From the NCBI RefSeq assembly GCF_009914755.1, contig NC_060939.1: 64,000 nt of DNA. The stretch is one strand, 5' to 3'. Shown piece by piece: positions 1 to 10,977 of this stretch. Source of the DNA: the human T2T-CHM13v2.0 reference genome, Homo sapiens. A program made the position numbers and the translations under genes. Each line of letters starts with the position of its first letter. Within the stretch, counting starts at the first letter, position 1. The notes beneath the pieces were generated by a model that saw only the letters and a list, made by a program, of their open reading frames with translations, was not told where the DNA came from and searched no databases.

Positions 1-168
1 TATTCCGTTCCATTCGATTTCGTTCCAATCCATTCGATTCCATTCCATTCGATTCCATTCCATACTATTGCATTCCATTCGATTACATTATATTCGAATA
101 AGTTCCATTCAAGACCATTTCTTTTGAGTCCATTCTATTTGAGTCCATTCCCTTTGATTCCATAACAT

Positions 169-1962
169 TTGAGTCCATTCAATTCCATTCCTTTCGTTTC
201 CATTCCATTTGATGCCATTCCATTCAATTCTGTTCTACTCGACTCCAATACATTCAATTCCATTCCATCCGATTCCATTACATTCTTTTCATTTCTTATC
301 CATTTCAAGCCATTCCACTCCATTCCATTCCACTCGTTTCCTTTCCATTCGAGTCCATTCCTCTCCAGTCCATTCCGTTCAATCCATTCCATTCCAGTCC
401 ATTCCATTCGAGTCCGTTCCATTCCAGTCCATTCCATTCGAGTCAATTCCATCCCATTCGATGTCTTTCCATAACGATCCATTCCATTCTATTCCTTTCG
501 ATTCCATTCCATTCTATTTCATTCCATTCGATTCCCTTCTATTGGACTCCTTTCCATTCGAGTGCATTCCATTCCGTTCCATTTCTTTCCGTTCTGTACG
601 ATTCCTACCATTCGATTTCATTATGTTCCAGTCCATTCCTTTCGCGTCCATTCCATTCCATTTCACTCCATTCGATTCCATTCCACTCGATTCCACTTCG
701 TTCCATTTCATTGCATTCCATTCTATTCAACTCTATTGCCTTCCATTCCATTCCATTCGATTACATTCCATGTGATTCCATTCGAAATCGAATCAATTAC
801 ATTGCAATCCATTACTATTGAGTCCGTTTTATTCCAGTCCACTGCATTCTTGTCCATTCCATTTGATTCCATTCCATTCTATTCCATTCCATACAGTTGC
901 ATTCCATTGGATTCCATGCTATATCTATAAATTCAATTCGAGACCATTGCTTTTGAGTCCATTCTATATGATTCCATTCCATTCAAGTCCATTACATTTG
1001 GTTCAATTCCATTCCATTCCATTCCCTTCCATTCCATTCCATGTGATATCAATCCATTCGATTCCATTCCATTCGAGCACATTCCATTCGAGTCCATTCC
1101 ATTCGATGCCATTCCATTTGATTCTATTCCATTAGTCTCCATTCAATTCCATTAATCTCCATTCCATTCCATTCTACTCCAACTGATTCCATTCCATTCT
1201 ATTCCTTTCCATTCCATTTCATTCCATTCCATTCCATTTCATTCCATTCCATTCCATTCGTGTCCATTCCACTCCAGTCCATTCCATTCGTGTCCATTCC
1301 ATTCCAGTCCACTCCATTTGTGTCCACTGCATTCCATTCCACTCCATTCCATATTATTCCATTACACTCCATTCCATTCTATTACTTTCATTTCCATTCT
1401 ATTCCATTCCATTTGATTCCATTCCACTCGGTTTCATTCCATTTGAGTCCACTCCATTCCATTCCATTCCATTCCATTCAGTTCCATTCCATTCTGTTCC
1501 ATTCCATTCCGTTCCATTACATTCCATTCCATTCGGTACCATTCCATATTGTTCCATTCGATTCCATTCGAATCCATTCCATTCCAGTTCATTCCATTCG
1601 ATTCCATTCCATTCATTTCAATTCCATTCCATTCCATTCCATTACATTCCACTTGATTCCTCTCCATTCCCTTCCACTGCATTCCGTTCGATTCCATTCC
1701 ATTGCATTGCATTCCATTCCATTGGATTGCATTCCATTCGATTCCATTCCATTCGAATCAATTACATAGCAATCCATTACATTCGAGTCTATTCTATTCC
1801 GTTCCATTCGATTTCGTTCCAATCCATTCGATTCCATTCCATTCGATTCCATTCCATACTATTGCATTCCATTCGATTACATTATATTCGAATAAGTTCC
1901 ATTCAAGACCATTTCTTTTGAGTCCATTCTATTTGAGTCCATTCCCTTTGATTCCATAACAT
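169..1962 (+). repeat. Representative 1794 bp repeat unit (U1); 35 full units plus partial units at both ends
   Basis: Unique landmarks recur once per unit in the same order: TTCTTATCCATTTCAAGCC, GATGTCTTTCCATAACGATCC, TTCTGTACGATTCCTACC, TTCGCGTCC, CGAAATCGAATC, CTATATCTATAAATTC, GATATC, CGAGCAC, CCAACTG, CGGTACC, ACATAGCAATCC, CGAATAAGTTCC. Spacings from the ORF track: 1794,1799,1804,1794,1809,1809,1794,1779,1888,1779,1888,1774,1789,1775,1789,1775,1789,1794,1759,1789,1759,1794,1759,1779,1819,1784,1772,1769,1789,1789,1754,1809,1794,1809,1759. Confidence 0.97.
1535..1540. other. KpnI site GGTACC, once per unit (diagnostic landmark; U1 copy shown)
   Basis: CGGTACCATTCC is seen in each full unit read (e.g. 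1535, ~3334, ~5143). A single EcoRV site (GATATC, 1045-1050, lost in U4 near 6446) and a single BstUI site (CGCG, 643-646) also recur per unit. Confidence 0.93.
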
Positions 1963-4900
1963 TTGAGTCCATTCAATTCCATTCCTTTCGTTTCCATTCC
2001 ATTTGATGCCATTCCATTCAATTCTGTTCTACTCGACTCCAATACATTCAATTCCATTCCATCCGATTCCATTACATTCTTTTCATTTCTTATCCATTTC
2101 AAGCCATTCCACTCCATTCCATTCCACTCGTTTCCTTTCCATTCGAGTCCATTCCTCTCCAGTCCATTCCGTTCAATCCATTCCATTCCAGTCCATTCCA
2201 TTCGAGTCCGTTCCATTCCAGTCCATTCCATTCGAGTCAACTCCATTCCATTCGATGTCTTTCCATAACGATCCATTCCATTCTATTCCTTTCGATTCCA
2301 TTCCATTCTATTTCATTCCATTCGATTCCCTTCCATTGGACTCCTTTCCATTCGAGTGCATTCCATTCCGTTCCATTTCTTTCCGTTCTGTACGATTCCT
2401 ACCGTTCGATTTCATTTTGTTCCAGTCCATTCCTTTCGCGTCCATTCCATTCCATTTCACTCCATTCGATTCCATTCCACTCGATTCCACTTCGTTCCAT
2501 TTCATTGCATTCCATTCTATTCAACTCTATTGCCTTCCATTCCATTCCATTCGATTACATTCCATGCGATTCCATTCGAAATCGAATCAATTACATTGCA
2601 ATCCATTACTATTGAGTCCGTTTTATTCCAGTCCACTGCATTCTGGTCCATTCCATTTGATTCCATTCCATTCTATTCCATTCCATACAGTTGCATTCCA
2701 TTGGATTCCATGCTATATCTATAAATTCAATTCGAGACCATTGCTTTTGAGTCCATTCTATATGATTCCATTCCATTCAAGTCCATTACATTTGGTTCAA
2801 TTCCATTCCATTCCATTCCCTTCCATTCCATTCCAGTTGATATCAATCCATTCGATTCCATTCCATTCGAGCACATTCCATTCGAGTCCATTCCATTCGA
2901 TGCCATTCCATTTGATTCTATTCCATTAGTCTCCATTCAATTCCATTAATCTCCATTCCATTCCATTCTACTCCAACTGATTCCATTCCATTATATTCCT
3001 TTCCATTCCATTTCATTCCATTCCATTCCATTTCATTCCATTCCATTCCATTCGTGTCCATTCCACTCCAGTCCATTCCATTCGTGTCCATTCCATTCCA
3101 GTCCATTCCGTTTGTGTCCCCTGCATTCCATTACACTCCATTCCATATTATTCCATTACACTCCATTCAATTCTATTACTTTCATTTCCATTCAATTCCA
3201 TTCCATTTGATTCCATTCCACTCTGTTTCATTCCATTTGAGTCCACTCCATTCCATTCCATTCCATTCCATTCCATTCAGTTCCATTCCATTCTATTCCA
3301 TTCCATTCCGTTCCATTACATTCCATTCCATTCGGTACCATTCCATATTGTTCCATTCGATTCCATTCGAATCCATTCCATTCCAGTCCATTCCATTCGA
3401 TTCCATTCCATTCATTTCAATTCCATTCCATTCCATTCCATTACATTCCACTTGATTCCTCTCCATTCCCTTCCACTGCATTCCGTTCGATTCCATTCCA
3501 TTGCATTGCATTCCATTCCATTGGATTGCATTCCATTCGATTCCATTCCATTCGAATCAATTACATAGCAATCCATTACATTCGAGTCTATTCTATTCCG
3601 TTCCATTCGATTTCGTTCCAATCCATTCGATTCCATTCCATTCGATTCCATTCCATACTATTGCATTCCATTCGATTACATTATATTCGAATAAGTTCCA
3701 TTCAAGACCATTTCTTTTGAGTCCATTCTATTTGAGTCCATTCCCTTTGATTCCATAACATTTGAGTCCCTTCAATTCCATTCCTTTCGTTTCCATTCCA
3801 TTTGATGCCATTCCATTCAATTCTGTTCTACTCGACTCCAATACATTCAATTCCATTCCATCCGATTCCATTACATTCTTTTCATTTCTTATCCATTTCA
3901 AGCCATTCCACTCCATTCCATTCCACTCGTTTCCTTTCCATTCGAGTCCATTCCTCTCCAGTCCATTCCGTTCAATCCATTCCATTCCAGTCCATTCCAT
4001 TCGAGTCCGTTCCATTCCAGTCCATTCCATTCGAGTCAATTCCATCCCATTCGATGTCTTTCCATAACGATCCATTCCATTCTATTCCTTTCGATTCCAT
4101 TCCATTCTATTTCATTCCATTCGATTCCCTTGCATTGGACTCCTTTCCATTCAAGTGCATTCCATTCCGTTCCATTTCTTTCCGTTCTGTACGATTCCTA
4201 CCGTTCGATTTCATTTTGTTCCAGTCCATTCCTTTCGCGTCCATTCCATTCCATTTCACTCCATTCGATTCCATTCCACTCGATTCCACTTCGTTCCATT
4301 TCATTGCATTCCATTCTATTCAACTCTATTGCCTTCCATTCCATTCCATTCGATTACATTCCATGCGATTCCATTCGAAATCACATCAATTACATTGCAA
4401 TCCATTACTATTGAGTCCATTTTATTCCAGTCCACAGCATTCTGGTCCATTCCATTTGATTCCATTCCATTCTATTCCATTCCATACAGTTGCATTCCAT
4501 TGGATTCCATTCTATATCTATAAATTCAATTCGAGACCATTGCTTTTGAGTCCATTCTATATGATTCCATTCCATTCAAGTCCATTACATTTGGTTCAAT
4601 TCCATTCCATTCCATTCCCTTCCATTCCATTCCAGTTGATATCAATCCATTCGATTCCATTCCATTCGAGCACATTCCATTCGAGTCCATTCCATTCGAT
4701 GCCATTCCATTTGATTCTATTCCATTAGTCTCCATTCAATTCCATTAATCTCCATTCCATTCCATTCTACTCCAACTGATTCCATTCCATTCTATTCCTT
4801 TCCATTCCATTTCATTCCATTCCATTCCATTTCATTCCATTCCATTACATTCGCTTCCATTCCATTCGTGTCCATTCCACTCCAGTCCATTCCATTCGTG

Positions 4901-7359
4901 TCCATTCCATTCCAGTCCATTCCATTTGTGTCCACTGCATTCCATTCCACTCCATTCCATATTATTCCATTACACTCCCTTCCATTCTATTACTTTCATT
5001 TCCATTCAATTCCATTCCATTTGATTCCATTCCACTCGGTTTCATTCCATTTGAGTCCACTCCATTCCATTCCATTCCATTCCATTCAGTTCCATTCCAT
5101 TCTGTTCCATTCCATTCCGTTCCATTGCATTCCATTCCATTCGGTACCATTCCATATTGTTCCATTCGATTCCATTCGAATCCATTCCATTCCAGTCCAT
5201 TCCATTCGATTCCATTCCATTCCTTTCAATTCCATTCCATTCCTTTCCATTCCACTTGATTCCACTCCATTCCCTTCCACTGCATTCCATTCGATTCCAT
5301 TCCATTGCATTGCATTCCATTCCATTGGACTGCATTCCATTCGATTCCATTCCATTCGAATCAATTACATAGCAATCCATTACATTCGAGTCTATTCTAT
5401 TCCGTTCCATTCGATTTCGTTCCAATCCATTCGATTCCATTCCATTCGATTCCATTCCATACTATTGCATTCCATTCGATTACATTATATTCGAATAAGT
5501 TCCATTCAAGACCATTTCTTTTGAGTCCATTCTATTTGAGTCCATTCCCTTTGATTCCATAACATTTGAGTCCATTCAATTCCATTCCTTTCGTTTGCAT
5601 TCCATTTGATGCCATTCCATTCAATTCTGTTCTACTCGACTCCAATACATTCAATTCCATTCCATCCGATTCCATTACATTCTTTTCATTTCTTATCCAT
5701 TTCAAGCCATTCCACTCCATTCCATTCCACTCGTTTCCTTTCCAGTCGAGTCCATTCCTCTCCAGTCCATTCCGTTCAATCCATTCCATTCCAGTCCATT
5801 CCATTCGAATCCATTCCATTCCAGTCCATTCCATTCGAGTCAATTCCATCCCATTCGATGTCTTCCCATAACGATCCATTCCATTCTATTCCTTTCGATT
5901 CCATTCCATTCTATTTCATTCCATTCGATTCCCTTCCATTGGACTCCTTTCCATTCGAGTGCATTCCATTCCGTTCCATTTCTTTCCGTTCTGTACGATT
6001 CCTACCGTTCGATTTCATTTTGTTCCAGTCCATTCCTTTCGCGTCCATTCCATTCCATTTCACTCCATTCGATTCCATTCCACTCGATTCCACTTCGTTC
6101 CATTTCACTGCATTCCATTCTATTCAACTCTATTGCCTTCCATTCCATTCCATTCGATTACATTCCATGCGATTCCATTCGAAATCGAATCAATTACATT
6201 GCAATCCATTACTATTGAGTCCATTTTATTCCAGTCCACTGCATTCTGGTCCATTCCATTTGATTCCATTCCATTCTATTCCATTCCATACAGTTGCATT
6301 CCATTGGATTCCATTCTATATCTATAAATTCAATTCGAGACCATTGCTTTTGAGTCCATTCTATATGATTCCATTCCATTCAAGTCCATTACATTTGGTT
6401 CCATTCCATTCCATTCCATTCCATTCCCTTCCATTCCATTCCAGTTGTTATCAATCCATTCGATTCCATTCCATTCGAGCACATTCCATTCCACTCCATT
6501 CCATTCGATGCCATTCCATTTGATTCTATTCCATTAGTCTCCATTCAATTCCATTAATTTCCATTCCATTCCATTCTACTCCAACTGATTCCATTCCATT
6601 CTATTCCTTTCCATTCCATTTCATTCCATTCCATTCCATTTCATTCCATTCCATTCCATTTCATTCCATTCCATTCCATTCGCTTCCATACCATTCGTGT
6701 CCATTCCATTCCAGTCCAGTCCTTTTGTGTCCCCTGCATTCCATTACACTCCATTCCATATTATTCCATTACACTCCATTCAATTCTATTACTTGCACTT
6801 CCATTCAATTCCATTCCATTTGATTCCATTCCACTCGGTTTCATTCCATTTGAGTCCACTCCATTCCATTCCATTCAGTTCCATTCCATTCTGTTCCATT
6901 CCATTCCGTTCCATTACATTCCATTCCATTCGGTACCATTCCATATTGTTCCATTCGATTCCATTCGAATCCATTCCATTCCAGTCCATTCCATTCGATT
7001 CCATTCCATTCATTTCAATTCCATTCCATTCCATTCCATTACATTCCACTTGATTCCTCTCCATTCCCTTCCACTGCATTCCGTTCGATTCCATTCCATT
7101 GCATTGCATTCCATTCCATTGGATTGCATTCGATTCGATTCCATTCCATTCGAATCAATTACATAGCAATCCATTACATTCGAGTCTATTCTATTCCGTT
7201 CCATTCGATTTCGTTCCAGTCCATTCGATTCCATTCCATTCGATTCCATTCCATAGTATTGCATTCCATTCGATTACATTATATTCGAAAAAGTTCCATT
7301 CAAGACCATTTCTTTTGAGTCCATTCTATTTGAGTCCATTCCCTTTGATTCCATAACAT

Positions 7360-10300
7360 TTGAGTCCATTCAATTCCATTCCTTTCGTTTCCATTCCATT
7401 TGATGCCATTCCATTCAATTCTGTTCTACTCGACTCCAATACATTCAATTCCATTCCATCCGATTCCATTACATTCTTTTCATTTCTTATCCATTTCAAG
7501 CCATTCCACTCCATTCCATTCCACTCGTTTCCTTTCCATTCGAGTCCATTCCTCTCCAGTCCATTCCGTTCAATCCATTCCATTCCAGTCCATTCCATTC
7601 GAGTCCGTTCCATTCCAGTCCATTCCATTCGAGTCAATTCCATCCCATTCGATGTCTTTCCATAACGATCCATTCCATTCTATTCCTTTCGATTCCATTC
7701 CATTCTATTTCATTCCATTCGATTCCCTTCCATTGGACTCCTTTCCATTCGAGTGCATTCCATTCCGTTCCATTTCTTTCCGTTCTGTACGATTCCTACC
7801 GTTCGATTTCATTTTGTTCCAGTCCATTCCTTTCGCGTCCATTCCATTCCATTTCACTCCATTCGATTCCATTCCACTCGATTCCACTTCGTTCCATTTC
7901 ATTGCATTCCATTCTATTCAACTCTATTGCCTTCCATTCCATTCCATTCGATTACATTCCATGCGATTCCATTCGAAATCGAATCAATTACATTGCAATC
8001 CATTACTATTGAGTCCATTTTATTCCAGTCCACTGCATTCTGGTCCATTCCATTTGATTCCATTCCATTCTATTCCATTGCATACAGTTGCATTCCATTG
8101 GATTCCATTCTATATCTATAAATTCATTTCGAGACCATTGCTTTTGAGTCCATTCTATATGATTCCATTCCATTCAAGTCCATTACATTTGGTTCAATTC
8201 CATTCCATTCCATTCCCTTCCATTCCATTCCAGTTGATATCAATCCATTCGATTCCATTCCATTCGAGCACATTCCTTTCGAGTCCATTCCATTCGATGC
8301 CATTCCATTTGATTCTACTCCATTAGTCTCCATTCAATTCCATTAATCTCCATTCCATTCCATTCTACTCCAACTGATTCCATTCCATTCTATTCCTTTC
8401 CATTCCCTTTCATTCCATTCCATTCCATTTCATTCCATTCCATTCCATTCGCTTCCATTCCATTCGTGTCCATTCCACTCCAGTCCATTCCATTCGTGTC
8501 CATTCCATTCCAGTCCATTCCATTTGTGTCCACTACATTCCATTCCACTCAATTCCATATTATTCCATTACACTCCACTGCATTCTATTACTTTCATTTC
8601 CATTCAATTCCATTCCATTTGATTCCATTCCACTCGGTTTCATTCCATTTGAGTCCACTCCATTCCATTCCATTCCATTCCATTCAGTTCCATTCCATTC
8701 TGTTCCATTCCATTCCGTTCCATTACATTCCATTCCATTCGGTACCATTCCATAGTGTTCCATTCGATTCCATTCGAATCCATTCCATTCCAGTCCATTC
8801 CATTCGATTCCATTCCATTCATTTCAATTCCATTCCATTCCATTCCATTACATTCCACTAGATTCCTCTCCATTCCCTTCCACTGCATTCCGTTCGATTC
8901 CATTCCATTGCATTGCATTCCATTCCATTGGATTGCATTCCATTCGATTCCATTCCATTCGAATCAATTACATAGCAATCCATTACATTCGAGTCTATTC
9001 TTTTCCCTTCCATTCGATTTTGTTCCAATCCATTCGATTCCATTCCATTCGATTCCATTCCATACTATTGCATTCCATTCGATTACATTATATTCGAATA
9101 AGTTCCATTCAAGACCATTTCTTTTGAGTCCATTCTATTTGAGTCCATTCCCTTTGATTCCATAACATTTGAGTCCATTCAATTCCATTCCTTTCGTTTC
9201 CATTCCATTTGATGCCATTCCATTCAATTCTGTTCTACTCGACTCCAATACATTCAATTCCATTCCATCCGATTCCATTACATTCTTTTCATTTCTTATC
9301 CATTTCAAGCCATTCCACTCCATTCCATTCCACTCGTTTCCTTTCCATTCGAGTCCATTCCTCTCCAGTCCATTCCGTTCAATCCATTCCATTCCAGTCC
9401 ATTCCATTCGAGTCCGTTCCATTCCAGTCCATTCCATTCGAGTCAATTCCATCCCATTCGATGTCTTTCCATAACGATCCATTCCATTCTATTCCTTTCG
9501 ATTCCATTCCATTCTATTTCATTCCATTCGATTCCCTTCCATTGGACTCCTTTCCATTCGAGTGCATTCCATTCCGTTCCATTTCTTTCCGTTCTCTACG
9601 ATTCCTACCGTTCGATTTCATTTTGTTCCAGTCCATTCCTTTCGCGTCCATTCCATTCCATTTCACTCCATTTGATTCCATTCCACTCGATTCCACTTCG
9701 TTCCATTTCATTGCATTCCATTCTATTCAACTCTATTGCCTTCCATTCCATTCCATTCGATTACATTCCATGCGATTCCATTCGAAATCGAATCAATTAC
9801 ATTGCAATCCATTACTATTGAGTCCATTTTATTCCAGTCCACTGCATTCTGGTCCATTCCATTTGATTCCATTCCATTCTATTCCATTGCATACAGTTGC
9901 ATTCCATTGGATTCCATTCTATATCTATAAATTCATTTCGAGACCATTGCTTTTGAGTCCATTCTATATGATTCCATTCCATTCAAGTCCATTACATTTG
10001 GTTCAATTCCATTCCATTCCATTCCCTTCCATTCCATTCCAGTTGATATCAATCCATTCGATTCCATTCCATTCGAGCACATTCCTTTCGAGTCCATTCC
10101 ATTAGATGCCATTCCATTTGATTCTACTCCATTAGTCTCCATTCAATTCCATTAATCTCCATTCCATTCCATTCTACTCCAACTGATTCCATTCCATTCT
10201 ATTCCTTTCCATTCCCTTTCATTCCATTCCATTCCATTTCATTCCATTCCATTCCATTCGCTTCCATTCCATTCGTGTCCATTCCACTCCAGTCCATTCC

Positions 10301-10977
10301 ATTCGTGTCCATTCCATTCCAGTCCATTCCATTTGTGTCCACTACATTCCATTCCACTCCATTCCATATTATTCCATTACACTCCACTCCATTCTATTAC
10401 TTTCATTTCCATTCAATTCCATTCCATTTGATTCCATTCCACTCGGTTTCATTCCATTTGAGTCCATTCCATTCCATTCCATTCCATTCCATTCAGTTCC
10501 ATTCCATTCTGTTCCATTCCATTCCGTTCCATTACATTCCATTCCATTCGGTACCATTCCATAGTGTTCCATTCGATTCCATTCGAATCCATTCCATTCC
10601 AGTCCATTCCATTCGATTCCATTCCATTCATTTCAATTCCATTCCATTCCATTCCATTACATTCCACTAGATTCCTCTCCATTCCCTTCCACTGCATTCC
10701 GTTCGATTCCATTCCATTGCTTTGCATTCCATTCCATTGGATTGCATTCCATTCGATTCCATTCCATTCGAATCAATTACATAGCAATCCATTACATTCG
10801 AGTCTATTCTATTCCCTTCCATTCGATTTTGTTCCAATCCATTCGATTCCATTCCATTCGATTCCATTCCATACTATTGCATTCCATTCGATTACATTAT
10901 ATTCGAATAAGTTCCATTCAAGACCATTTCTTTTGAGTCCATTCTATTTGAGTCCATTCCCTTTGATTCCATAACAT
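7360..10977 (+). repeat. Recent tandem duplication of one 1809 bp monomer (U5/U6)
   Basis: Both units are 1809 bp and share a set of variants: CCATTGCATACAG, AATTCATTTCGAG, CATTCCTTTCGAG, GATTCTACTCC, CCCTTTC, CATAGTGTT, CCACTAGATT, CCCTTCCATTCGATTTTGTTCC. Confidence 0.9.

Noticed and set aside
781-800. Heat-shock elements (HSF1) around the TTCGAA motifs
   Set aside because: TTC and GAA are adjacent or spaced by 4 nt (TTCGAA, GAATAAGTTC). I did not see the nGAAnnTTCnnGAAn inverted arrangement, and the pentamers are head-to-tail only.
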